64,000 nucleotides of DNA from an uncultured Chloroflexia bacterium (GTDB lineage: Bacteria; Chloroflexota; Anaerolineae; CG2-30-64-16): the NCBI GenBank assembly GCA_963810095.1, contig CAWEMM010000006.1:768001-832000 (forward strand). The letters are read 5' to 3'. The notes under the pieces were generated by a model. That model worked only from the letters and a program-made list of their open reading frames with translations. It was not told where the DNA came from and ran no database searches. Below are positions 52,824 through 62,949 of the stretch, in pieces. Position numbers and translations under genes: made by a program. Each line of letters starts with the position of its first letter. The stretch's first letter is position 1.

Positions 52824-52994
52824 ACCAAGCGCCAGGCGAAATTGCTCTGGCCGGTCTCCGACCGAGCCAGGGGGCACGGCCAGAGACCGCCCCCAGCGGA
52901 CATTTTCACGCTGCGACTCGTTTAGCGGCGGAGGCTGTGCGAGCTTCAACCGATCGGAAATGGGAAACTCATGCAAAGGGGTTTTCACTCTTGT

Positions 52995-53322
52995 GGCAGG
53001 GGCCGGGCGGCCCCTGCCAACCCCGCCTCGGGGGCCTTGCCCCCGAGACCCCCAATTGCTACGCTCCTGGCAGGGCGCGAGCCGCGATTCGCCCAAGCCT
53101 CCAGGCGTGAGAGGGCTGACAGTTGCGCGCCGCACTCAATGAGGATCTGGGGAATCCGTAACTGGCGGTAACCTGCCAGTTTCGAGCGACATGCGTTCTC
53201 GGCGGAAGCTCTGCGCCCCCTTATGCGTTTGGGGGTCGAGGGGGCGCAGCCCCCCGGCGGGGGCAAGCTGCCCCCGCCAAACAGTCATTAGGCATCAGCT
53301 GATAATCTCCCTGTGGTTGTGC
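52995..53322. repeat. Two inverted GC-hairpin dispersed elements (copy D on minus ~52995-53056; copy C on plus ~53228-53322)
   Basis: Copy C GGCGGGGGCAAGCTGCCCCCGCCAAACAGTCATTAGGCATCAGCTGATAATCTCCC matches copy B; copy D reads TTGGGGGTCTCGGGGGCAAGGCCCCCG on minus. Confidence 0.65.
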
Positions 53323-53350
53323 CTGAGGCACGGTCAGAGACCGGCCCCAG

Positions 53351-53581
53351 CTAATTCTCGGATTGATACCTGGGCTCGGTCGAGCCCGGCGCCCCGGCCC
53401 GCCTGATCCGCTTCCCGTTCGTCACGAACCACAGCTTCCGGTCGCCGTCCGTCCGCACCCAGATGGCGGGGTGCTGGTGACCGGCAACTTCGCCGCTGCG
53501 CCAAACCTCTGCCTCCTCGAGAGCCTGCAGGATTTCGACGTGCTCACCCACCGCGTACAGATCGACCAGCCGCTGCGGCAT
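53351..53581 (-). CDS. Small hypothetical protein (SH3/Tudor-like beta pattern)
   Basis: LYAVGEHVEI..WRSGEV.GHQHPAIWVRT..WFVTNGKRIR; translationally coupled to upstream gene. Confidence 0.6.
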   Translation of the reverse strand: MPQRLVDLYAVGEHVEILQALEEAEVWRSGEVAGHQHPAIWVRTDGDRKLWFVTNGKRIRRAGAPGSTEPRYQSEN

Positions 53582-54366
53582 CAGGCCGGCTCCGCGTAGA
53601 CGAGGGAGAGGCAGGTGACGCCCCCGTCGGCCTTGGTGAACTCGGTCACCGGCACGGGGAGCACCTCGAAGCCTTCGGCGCTCAGCAGAGCGATGGTCTT
53701 GTGGTAGCCCGCCGGCGCGACCACACAGTCGCCTAGGGCCAACACGTTGCACGCGTACGCCTCGTCGTCTGGCACGACGAGCACTTTCATGCCTTGGAAC
53801 TCGGGCCGCCCGGCCATCTCCTTCACGGCCAAAAGTGTTCCTCGACCGAGGTAGGTGACGCCGCTGAGCAGATGCAGCAGGCCGGACACCGGGATCTCGT
53901 CGACGGGCAAGGGCGCAAGCGCCGCTCGCAGCTGCGCAATGCCGGCGGCATTCGTCCGGTCTGAGAGGCCGGCGTAGACGTGATGGGGCAGCACAAGCAC
54001 GTCGCCGCCCTCGAGGGTGGCGGGCGCCTGCAGAGCAGTAGTGGTGGGAAAACGCCCGCGGAGGACCGGCTCGACCAGCGTCTCTTCGCCACGGCGGCTC
54101 AATGCGCCTGGCCGGGCGATGATCGCTTGGCCGGCAATGACAAGCGCCGGGTCCTGCATGAAGCAGCTGTCGGGGTACCGTTCGTCGGGCGCGAGCGCTT
54201 CGACCGTGATCCCCGCCTGCCCGAGCGCCCGGCAGTAGGCTGCGTGCTGTTCCTGCGCCAGCTTCACGTCGATGGCCGCGCCCGTGCTGCTGATCGCGGC
54301 GGCGAAGCTCTGCCCGGGCGCGCGGACGAGCGCGTGCAGGCGCTGGGCGCCGGCGGCCCCGCTCAA
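53581..54366 (-). CDS. Pentein-family amidinohydrolase (dimethylargininase-like)
   Basis: QHAAYCRAL, YPDSCFMQDPA, SRRGE, LEGGDV, RTN, LHLLSG, DGGVTCLS. Confidence 0.88.
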   Translation of the reverse strand: MSGAAGAQRLHALVRAPGQSFAAAISSTGAAIDVKLAQEQHAAYCRALGQAGITVEALAPDERYPDSCFMQDPALVIAGQAIIARPGALSRRGEETLVEPVLRGRFPTTTALQAPATLEGGDVLVLPHHVYAGLSDRTNAAGIAQLRAALAPLPVDEIPVSGLLHLLSGVTYLGRGTLLAVKEMAGRPEFQGMKVLVVPDDEAYACNVLALGDCVVAPAGYHKTIALLSAEGFEVLPVPVTEFTKADGGVTCLSLVYAEPA

Positions 54367-54997
54367 GGCAGCACCTCGCGCACCTTCGCGGCCACCGCGA
54401 CGGCGAGCTTTGGCAACTCCGAAGCGTCGAAATGGATGCCATCCCCGGCAGATGACACGATGTATTGGCCGGCGTCCAGGAACCCACACCCCGTCTCGTC
54501 CGACACCAGCCGGAAGTAATGGCCGAGGCGCTGCGACTTCGCGTCGGCCCCTTCGAACATGTCCGCGAAGGATGTGCCCACCACGCACGTCGGAGGCGGC
54601 GCAACCAGCAGGACTTCCGGTGGCTGGAGGTCGGGCCCCAGCGCGCTCGCCCGGATCATCTCGACCAGCGTCTGCGCGCCCCGCGCAATGTCCCACGCCG
54701 ACAAGCCCCAGCGATGCTTGAGGTCGTTCGTGCCCAACATGAGCACCACCACATCGACGGGATGGTGGGACTCGAGGATGGCGATCAACGTGCTTTTGCC
54801 GCTTTTGTACTCGCCCTCGATCGGATCCGACCATACGGTCGTGCGCCCGTTAAGACCTTCCGGAATGACGAGGTAATCCGCGCCCGAACTCGCGCGCCAG
54901 GAAGCTGGACCCAACGCTGCTCGTAGGGATAGCGCCCCTCGCTCAAGGGATCGTAACCCCACGTGTTCGAATCGCCGTAGCACAAGACCGTCTTCAT
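54363..54997 (-). CDS. SGNH/GDSL hydrolase (arylesterase type; apparent frameshift ~54900)
   Basis: LCYGDSNTWG, EGLNGRTT, MLGTNDLK, DGIH. Confidence 0.9.
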
Positions 54998-55072
54998 ACT
55001 GCCTCCTTTGACGAGGTGGAGATGGGGGAATTGTACGCGGGACCGAGCGAATGATCAAACGGGAATTGGGTA

Positions 55073-55126
55073 TTGACAAGAGGTATTACGTCGTGCTATG
55101 CTAACACGGCAGTCGTGATACCTCTT
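55073..55126 (+). promoter_or_regulatory. Promoter of GntR gene with inverted operator pair
   Basis: TTGACA..TATGCT; AAGAGGTATTACGTC (55078) and GTCGTGATACCTCTT (55112) form a 13/15 inverted repeat flanking the -10. Confidence 0.65.
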
Positions 55127-55152
55127 CTTCCAGTTTCCGCTCTGGAGCACTC

Positions 55153-55905
55153 ATGTTGGAGAACACGCTGGTCCGCACTGATTCTCTCAAGACCCAGCTC
55201 CAGCGCGTCCTTCGCGAGCGGATACTCTCCGGCCATTACGCCCCCGGTTCGCAGTTCCCTTCGGAGGCCGAGTTGGTGGACGAGTACGGCGTCTCCCGCA
55301 CCACCGTCCGCAGCGCCCTTGCTGCGCTCGAAGCCGAAGGGTTCATCCAGCGCCGGTGGGGGGTGGGCACGTTTGTTTCCCGCCAGCACCACATCTCACA
55401 CCAGATCGAAGAAGCCAACGACTTCAGCGTCCTCATCTCTGCCAGCGGCTACACGCCGGGCGTGCGGGTGCTCCGCGCAATTCCTGCGTTTGCAGGCAGC
55501 CTCGAGTGCGAGCGCCTGGACGTAGACGAGGGCAGCCCGCTCTTGCGCGTCGAGAAGGTGTTCACCGCGGACGGCGATCCGGTCATTTACGCCGTCAACT
55601 TCATTCCGCATCGTATCCTGAGAGATGGGCTGTTCACCGAGGTTCAGCGCCGGCCCGAGCTGACCGAACCCATCTACACGTTCCTCGAAGAAACCTGCGG
55701 CCAACGGGTTGACTACCACATTGCGACCCTCGCGGCCATCCTCGCCCGGGATTCTGAGATTACCATCCCGGACATCGATCCCGTCACACCGCTCTTGACA
55801 ATGAGCTCTATCGGCCACGACCGGGAGGGCCGGCCTGTATTCGAGTCCCGGTCCACCTATCCCGACCCGCGGCTTCAGATGAAGCTGCTGCGCCGGAGGT
55901 CATAG
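55153..55905 (+). CDS. GntR (HutC/UTRA) transcriptional regulator
   Basis: FPSEAELVDEYGVSRTTVRSAL..GVGTFV; UTRA-like C-terminus. Confidence 0.92.
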   Translation: MLENTLVRTDSLKTQLQRVLRERILSGHYAPGSQFPSEAELVDEYGVSRTTVRSALAALEAEGFIQRRWGVGTFVSRQHHISHQIEEANDFSVLISASGYTPGVRVLRAIPAFAGSLECERLDVDEGSPLLRVEKVFTADGDPVIYAVNFIPHRILRDGLFTEVQRRPELTEPIYTFLEETCGQRVDYHIATLAAILARDSEITIPDIDPVTPLLTMSSIGHDREGRPVFESRSTYPDPRLQMKLLRRRS

Positions 55906-55912
55906 GTTTTCC

Positions 55913-55992
55913 GCCACGAATTACACAAATTGAACGAATGGCACGAATTGCTTCCGATTCGTTGAATTCGCCACACTCATGTAATTCGTAGC
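55913..55992. repeat. 9-nt periodic palindromic element (ACGAAT family)
   Basis: ACGAAT-like at 55916/25/34/43; ATTCGT-like at 55957/66/75/84. Confidence 0.75.
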
Positions 55993-56010
55993 CGCCTCAT
56001 TGGAGGTTAT

Positions 56011-56868
56011 ATGGCTATCCCGATTATTGATGCTCTCACCCACATCAGCACCGGCCCCGACGACGTGATCGGCTGGGGGCCGTGCTGGACTGCGGAGGAC
56101 ATGCTCCGACTGATGGACACGCCGCGCAAGGTGTGCGGTGCGCCCGCCCGTGTAGATAAGGCGGTCGTCTTCCCGTCGCTCGGCCTCACCGTCCCCACCT
56201 CGACCCTCTCGTTCGAGGACCAGCACGCTTACGTCGTGGACAGCGTGGGGCGCTACCCCGACCGGCTGGTCGGCGGTATCGTCATGCACCCCCGGCTGTG
56301 GAATGACGACGTGGCCGCAACGGTGCGCCGGATGGTCGTCGAGCAGGGCTTCCGGATGCTCTACCTGAACCCCTCGCTCCACAAGTTCTGGCTGCCCATC
56401 AAGACCCCGTCGGAAGGCGCGGGCGCTCGGAAGCTTCTATACCCCATCTTCGAGGCGGCGCGCGAGCTGCACGTCCCCGTAATGATCCACTCGGGCGAGC
56501 AGCCCTATGCGCTCCCGGCGACCATCGACTTCGTAGCCGGTGCGTTCCCCGACGTCAGCATCATCATCGCCCATCTCGGCACGCAGGGCGAGCTCTACAC
56601 GATCGAAGCTCTGCTGGTGGCCGACCGGCACCCCAACGTCTACCTTGAGACCTCCTGGGCCATGCCCCACATGATCATCGAGGCCATCCATGAAGTGGGC
56701 GCGGACCGGCTCATCTTCGGCTCGAACACCCCGCCGCTCGAGATGACGCAGCAGATCATGAACGTGGACGAGGCGATGATGGACGCGCCCCCCATCGGCA
56801 TGGGCGCGAGCGAAGCCGACACGCGGGCGGTGCTGGGCGGAAACCTGGCCCGGCTGTTGGGGATTTAG
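56011..56868 (+). CDS. Amidohydrolase_2 family protein with degenerate metal ligands
   Basis: IIDALTH, MLYLNPSLH, IHSG, IAHLG, IFGSNTP. Confidence 0.85.
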   Translation: MAIPIIDALTHISTGPDDVIGWGPCWTAEDMLRLMDTPRKVCGAPARVDKAVVFPSLGLTVPTSTLSFEDQHAYVVDSVGRYPDRLVGGIVMHPRLWNDDVAATVRRMVVEQGFRMLYLNPSLHKFWLPIKTPSEGAGARKLLYPIFEAARELHVPVMIHSGEQPYALPATIDFVAGAFPDVSIIIAHLGTQGELYTIEALLVADRHPNVYLETSWAMPHMIIEAIHEVGADRLIFGSNTPPLEMTQQIMNVDEAMMDAPPIGMGASEADTRAVLGGNLARLLGI

Positions 56869-56877
56869 GAGTATCTC

Positions 56878-57753
56878 ATGGAATACCGAATCATCGATTC
56901 GCACGCACACATCATCCCCCAGCGCGAGCCGGTGTGGGGTTGGGGCCCGAACTTCACCGTCGATCGCCTCCTCGAAATGATGGACCGCGATTACGAAGTG
57001 CTCGGCGAGATCAAGCATGTGGAAAAAGCCGTCGTTATGACGGGCCTGGGGCTGACGTCGGTCGAGCACCGCTCGATGGAAGAAGCGCACAAGTATGCGT
57101 TGGCGTCGGTCAAGGCTAACAAGGACCGGCTGTATCTGAACCCGGTGATCAATCCTCGTGCCTACGTGCCCGACGAGCTTTACCAGATCCGCGACTGGAA
57201 AGACGAGTACAACGTCCGCATGCTCAAGCTCCATCCAAGCATGCACAACTATTACCTGCCCACCTACAGCCCCTTCCCCGCCGATGTCAGCAAGAAGATG
57301 ATCTACCCGGTCTTCGAGCTGGCGGCCGAACTGGGCATTCCCATCATGCTGCACCAGGGCGAGACGCCCTACTCCATGCCGTGCCAGATTGCGCCCGTCG
57401 CCGAGGCGTTCCCGCACGTCAACATCCTGGTGGCGCACTCCGGTGCAAACAACATCCCAGCCATGGCGAATGATGCGATCCTGCTGGCGCGCACGCACGA
57501 CAACATCTTCCTGGGCACGTCGTGGGTGCAGCCGCCCGAGCTGGTGCAGATGTACTACGCTGTCGGTGCCACCAAGATCGTCTGGGAGTCTGACTGCTCG
57601 CCCCAGTCCATGCCACAGAACCTGCGCATGCTGACCAACCTGGCTCTTCCCGCGCCGCTGGGCGTGGGCGCGAGCAGGGATGAAATCTACCGCATCGTCG
57701 GCAGCAACATCGCGGACCTCTGCAGCCTTCCGGCTTCCAACGGGGCCCTATGA
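56878..57753 (+). CDS. Amidohydrolase_2 family protein (intact motifs)
   Basis: IIDSHAH, MLKLHP, LHQG, VAHSG, WESD. Confidence 0.88.
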   Translation: MEYRIIDSHAHIIPQREPVWGWGPNFTVDRLLEMMDRDYEVLGEIKHVEKAVVMTGLGLTSVEHRSMEEAHKYALASVKANKDRLYLNPVINPRAYVPDELYQIRDWKDEYNVRMLKLHPSMHNYYLPTYSPFPADVSKKMIYPVFELAAELGIPIMLHQGETPYSMPCQIAPVAEAFPHVNILVAHSGANNIPAMANDAILLARTHDNIFLGTSWVQPPELVQMYYAVGATKIVWESDCSPQSMPQNLRMLTNLALPAPLGVGASRDEIYRIVGSNIADLCSLPASNGAL

Positions 57754-59198
57754 GACCGGAGCCCGACCTCCGCTCCTTCATCGACGACCTGGCCGCGAAC
57801 GCGCCGGCGCACCTGTTCGCGGTCGCCGGCGAAGTCCCGCTGGACTACACGTCGACCGCGCTGACGCTCGCGCTCGAAAAGCAGGGGCGTGCGCCGGCCG
57901 TCGTGCTGAACCGGCTGGTGGGACGGGAAGGGCGGCTGGTCGCGAACCTGTTCGGGTCACGAGAACTGATGGCCCGGGGCATCGATGCGACGCCCGGCAC
58001 GTTTCTGACGGTGCTGGGCGACGCGCTCGACCATCTCATACCGGCCGAAATCGTGCCGGACGGTGCACTTGCCGGCGCGCCAGCAGGCGCCAACGCCCCC
58101 GTCCACGAGGTTGTCTGGCAGGGCGCAGACGTGGACTTGCAGCGCCTGCCCATTCCCCGGCACTTTGAGCAAGACGCCGGCCCGTACATCACTGCCGGCA
58201 TGATCGCAGCGCGAGATCCGGACACGGGGGTGAACAACCTGGCGTATGTCCGTCTGCAGGTCCAGGGGCCCCGGCGGCTCGGCGCCAGCCTGCACTCGCG
58301 GCAGCACACGTGGGACTACCTGCGCCGGGCCGAGAAGCGCGGCCAGGACTTGCCCGTGGCCATCGTTATCGGCGCGCACCCGGCCGTCATGCTGGCCGGG
58401 GCAGCCAAGATGGGCATCGGCGAGGACGAATACGACCTCGCCGGCGCGCTGCTGGGGCAGCCGCTTCAGCTGGTGCGAGGGTGCACGGTGGATGTCATGG
58501 TGCCGGCCTCGGCCGAGATTGTCATCGAAGGCAAGCTGCTGGCCAACACGCACGAGACCGAAGGTCCGTTCGGCGAGTACACCGGCTACGTCACCGGCCG
58601 CTCGACCCACAACGTGATCGAGGTCACCGCGATTACCATGCGCCACGACGCCATCTTTGTAGATGTCATCCCGGGCAACTCGGCCGAGCACCTGATCCTT
58701 GGCCGGGCGGCCAAGGAAGCGTGGGTGCACAAGCGGATGGCCGAGGCCTTGCCCTTCTTCGTCGACTTTCACTACCCGTCGTCGGGCACGCACTTCCACT
58801 GCTTCGTCCGCATCGACAAAAGCGCAGAAGGCCAAGCCCAGCAGGCGGCGCAACTGATCGTCGGCCTCGACCACTATATCAAGTTGGTCATTGTCGTCGA
58901 CCGCGACGTCGATCCGGCGGACGAGGCTGCCGTGATGTGGGCCATGGCCACCCGTATGCAGGCCGATCGCGACGTGACGATCCTGGCGCACTGCATGTGC
59001 AACAAGCTGGACCCGTCGAGCGCGGACGGCGTCGGCGCAAAGCTTTTGATCGACGCCACACGCAAGCCCGGTTTTGAAGCCGAGCCCGTCCACCTGCCCG
59101 ACGACGCCCGCGTTCTTGCGGCGCAGTTGGTTGGGGGCGCACACGAAGACGTGGCCGCAAGCCCCAGCTTGCGCGTTGAGCCATCCTACGGGAAGTAA
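57750..59198 (+). CDS. UbiD family prFMN-dependent (de)carboxylase
   Basis: NLFGSR, DAGPYIT, AEIVIEG, EGPFGEYTGY, VVDRDVD, WAMATR, LDPS, KLLIDAT. Confidence 0.93.
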   Translation: MRPEPDLRSFIDDLAANAPAHLFAVAGEVPLDYTSTALTLALEKQGRAPAVVLNRLVGREGRLVANLFGSRELMARGIDATPGTFLTVLGDALDHLIPAEIVPDGALAGAPAGANAPVHEVVWQGADVDLQRLPIPRHFEQDAGPYITAGMIAARDPDTGVNNLAYVRLQVQGPRRLGASLHSRQHTWDYLRRAEKRGQDLPVAIVIGAHPAVMLAGAAKMGIGEDEYDLAGALLGQPLQLVRGCTVDVMVPASAEIVIEGKLLANTHETEGPFGEYTGYVTGRSTHNVIEVTAITMRHDAIFVDVIPGNSAEHLILGRAAKEAWVHKRMAEALPFFVDFHYPSSGTHFHCFVRIDKSAEGQAQQAAQLIVGLDHYIKLVIVVDRDVDPADEAAVMWAMATRMQADRDVTILAHCMCNKLDPSSADGVGAKLLIDATRKPGFEAEPVHLPDDARVLAAQLVGGAHEDVAASPSLRVEPSYGK

Positions 59199-59205
59199 CC
59201 GACCT

Positions 59206-60115
59206 ATGCACCGGTTCGACTACCATACTCCCGCCACCCTCAACGAAGCCGTCGCCCTGCTTGACAGTTTCGGCGAGGATGCGCGGATCCTGGCGGGCGG
59301 CACCGACCTCCTGACCGCGCTTAAAGAACGGTGGGAGACGCCGGCCCACGTGGTCGACCTGCGCCGGGTGCCCGGCCTGGACGAGATCACCTATCGATAG
59401 CGGGCGCGGGCTCACCATCGGTGCGCGGGTGACCGTGCGGGCCGTCGAGACGTCGCCGCTGGTCCGCCAACACTATCCCGCCTTGGCCTACGCCGCCTCC
59501 ACCCTCGCCTCCATCCAAATCCGCAACCTGGCGACGGTTGCCGGCAACATCTGCCGGGCATCGCCCTCGGCAGACACGCCTCCCGTCCTCCTGGCGCTCG
59601 CCGCGTCGGCGACCCTGTGCGGACCCAATGGGTCGCGCACGGTGACTTTGGATGACTTCTTCACCGGTCCGGGGCGCACAGTCCTCAGGCGCAACGAAGT
59701 GCTGACCACGATCCAACTCCCCCCGGCGCCGGCCCAGCCGAGCGCACGGCTGGGCGCGGCGTATATCAAGCACAGCCCGCGCCGGGCGATGGACCTCGCG
59801 ATGGTGGGGGTCGCAGCGGCCCTGACTGTCGAAAGCGGTTGGATGACTGGCGTGCGCGTCGCGCTTGGCGCGGTGGCCCCGACGCCTCGCCGCTCGCACG
59901 GGGCCGAAGCGGTCCTTCTCGGACGTCAGATCGATCCGGACCTGCTCGAGAAGGCGGGCGCAGCAGCGGCGGAGGAATGCACCCCGATCAGCGACGTGCG
60001 CGGCACGGCCGCCCACCGGCGTGAGATGGTTGCCGTGCTGACCCGCCGGGCGCTGGAGCAGGCCATCGCAGCCGCTCAGGGCCGCGAGGCCGGAGCAAGG
60101 GAGGTTCGCCAGTGA
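59206..60115 (+). CDS. Xanthine dehydrogenase family FAD-binding subunit (apparent frameshift ~59395)
   Basis: FDYHTPATL, LAGGTDL, QIRNLATVAGN, ASPSAD, PISDVRG. Confidence 0.92.
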
Positions 60116-60654
60116 AGCAACCCCTCCGCATGACCGTCAACGGCCGGCCGGTCGAACTGCTCGTCGAACCTTATCGCACGCTGCTGGACGTTCTGCGCGA
60201 CGATCTGGAACTGACCGGCGCCAAGAAAGGGTGCGACCGCGGCGACTGCGGCGCGTGCACGGTCCTGGTCGACGGCAAGCCCGTCACTTCGTGCATGATG
60301 CTCGCGGTCCAGGCCGACGGCTGCCGGATTACGACGATCGAGGGATTGCAGACGGATGGCCGGCTGCATCCGCTTCAGCAGGCGTTCGTGGACCACGGCG
60401 CGGTGCAGTGCGGCTTCTGCACCCCCGGCATGGTCCTCGCCGCCGTGGCGGTCCTGGAGGAAAACCCGTGCCCTACCGAGGCACAGGTGCGCGATGGGAT
60501 CGCGGGCAACCTCTGCCGCTGCACCGGGTACGCGAAGATCGTGGATGCCGTCCTCGCGGCGGCCAATGCCCCTGGGCAGCCTGAGCGGAGCGGAGCCCGA
60601 ACGGACGAAGCGGAGTCGAAGGACGCGGCCGGGGTGCAGGAGGCACGCCGATGA
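60112..60654 (+). CDS. Xanthine dehydrogenase family 2Fe-2S subunit
   Basis: GCDRGDCGAC, QCGFCTPG, GNLCRCTGY. Confidence 0.95.
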   Translation: MKQPLRMTVNGRPVELLVEPYRTLLDVLRDDLELTGAKKGCDRGDCGACTVLVDGKPVTSCMMLAVQADGCRITTIEGLQTDGRLHPLQQAFVDHGAVQCGFCTPGMVLAAVAVLEENPCPTEAQVRDGIAGNLCRCTGYAKIVDAVLAAANAPGQPERSGARTDEAESKDAAGVQEARR

Positions 60655-62949
60655 GCGCAGAGCCACTCGTCGTCGGCAAGCGTCTGCCGCGTGTCGATGC
60701 GCTTGACAAAGTGACCGGCGCGGCGAAATATACCGGCGACCACCACGTCCGCGGCATGCTGCACGCGGCCATGCTGCGCAGCCCGCACGCCCATGCCCGC
60801 ATCATCAGCATTGATACGTCGGGAGCCGAACACCTGCCGGGCGTCAAGTGCATCCTCACGTGCCTCAACGTGCCGCGGGTGCGCCACGCCGGCCAGCCCG
60901 AACCGCGCGCCGGCTCGCTCGTCAAGGATCAGTACATCCTCGACCGTACCGTGCGCTTCCACGGCGACGGCGTGGCCGCAGTGGCCGCCACGTCACCCGA
61001 GGCTGCCGAAGAAGCGCTGGCGCTCATCCAGGTTGAATATGAGCCGCTGCCCTCGGTATTCGATGCGTACGAAGCCATGCAAGACGGCGCGCCCCGGATT
61101 CACGACACCGACCGCAACCTGGTCATCCCGCCCGTCGTCATCGAGTGGGGCGAGATAGAGGAGGGGTTCGCGCAGGCCGATTATGTTTTTGAAGGCGTCT
61201 ACGGCACGTCCCGGCACGTGCCTGCGTTCATGGAGCCGTACATCTGCACCGTGATCCCCGATGCGGCCGGCCGCCTGACCGTCTACGCCTCGACCCAGGC
61301 GCCGTTCATGGTCCGCGGCACGCTGTCCGAGGTGCTTGGCATCCCCATGAGCAAGATTCGGGTGATCACCGAGCACATGGGCGGCGGTTTCGGGGCCAAG
61401 CAGGACCTGTACCAACACGAATACCTGGCCGCGCTGCTGGCTCTGCGGACAGGAGAACCGGTGCGCTTCGAGTTCTCCCGTGCCGAGACCTTCATCTCCG
61501 GCCGCTCCCGGCATCCCGTGACCGTGGAACTGAAGCAAGGCGTTACGAAGGACGGCATCCTGACCGCCCGCCAGGCCCGCTACATCGCAAACTCCGGCGC
61601 ATACGGCTCGCACGGACCCGGCATCACCTGGGTCGGCGCCGCGGCCCTCGGGTCGCTGCACCGCTGCGAGAACGTACACATCGAGGGGCTGTGCGTGTAC
61701 ACGAACGCACCCATTGCCGGCGCTTTCCGCGGCTACGGCGCGCCCCAGGCGTACTTCGCCCTCGAGACCCAGATGGACGAGATTGCCGAAGCGCTTGGCA
61801 TCGACCCGCTCGAGCTGCGCAAACGCAACGCCATCCGCCCCGGCGACATCGGACCCGCCGGCACAGCTTTCACGAACAACCAGCTGCCCCTGTGCCTCGA
61901 CCGTGGAGCCGACGAAGATCGGGTGGGAGAATCGCACGCGTCCGGCGCCCGGTGCGTCGGGGAAGTGCGTGCGCGGCATCGGGGTGGCCTGCCAGCTCCA
62001 CTCCGCGACCGCCTACCCGGAGACGCGCGAAATCGCCAATGCCGCGGTGGCAATCAACGAAGATGGCACCGTCCAACTGCGCATCGGCTCGGCCGACCTG
62101 GGCACGGGCGCCAAGACCGTCCTGGCGCAGATTTGTGCCGAAACCCTGGGCGTTTGCTACGAAGACATCTCCGTGCTGGCCGGCGACACCGACCTCGTCC
62201 CATACGACCTGGGCGCATACGCGTCGCGCACGACCTACATCGCGGGCGGCGCGGTGCAGCAGGCGTCTCGGGAAGCCAGGATGCGGCTGCTCGAGCTGGC
62301 CGCCGAGCGGCTGGGCGTGCCCGTCGAGGACCTGTCCGTACAGCAGGGCTTTATCCGGATCGCCGGCCGGCCCGAGGGGGCGATTGCGATCGCCCAGATC
62401 GTCGGCCCGGAACAAGGCGCGCCCGCACAAACCATCACCGGCCAGGCGCGCAACCAGCCGCTCAACGCGTACTCGTTTGCGGCACAGTTTGCCGAGGTCG
62501 AGGTAGACACCGAAACGGGCCAGGTGCGGGTGCTTCGCATGGTGGCGGTTCACGACATCGGCAAGGCGATCAACCCGGCCGCGGCCGAGGGCCAGGTGGA
62601 GGGCGGTCTGCACCAGGGCATCGGCTACGCGCTGCTGGAGGACATGGTCATCGACCCGCGGACGGGGCGCACGCTCAACCCCAACTTCGTCGACTACAAG
62701 CTGCTGACCTCGCTCGATATGCCCGAGCTGGAGGTCGACTTCGTCGAGTCTGGCCTTGGCGACGGGCCGTACGGCGCGAAGGGCGTGGCGGAAGACAGCC
62801 TCTGTCCGACAGCCCCGGCCATCACCAATGCCATTTTCAATGCCACCGGCGTCCGCATCAAGCAGCTGCCGGTCAACCCAGAGCAATTGCTCGCGGGCTT
62901 GAGAGAGACCTCAACACAAAGTCACAAAGACACGGGGTATTCGGCATAA
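60651..62949 (+). CDS. Xanthine dehydrogenase family molybdopterin-binding subunit (apparent frameshift ~61910)
   Basis: LRSPHAHARI, STQAP, GGGFGAK, AFRGYG, ASRTT, GAKGVAE. Confidence 0.93.

Noticed and set aside
60651-62949. Aerobic CO dehydrogenase or 4-hydroxybenzoyl-CoA reductase assignment
   Set aside because: No AYxCSFR loop in the Mo subunit, and the FAD subunit lacks the Cys-rich 4Fe-4S insert of HcrB.
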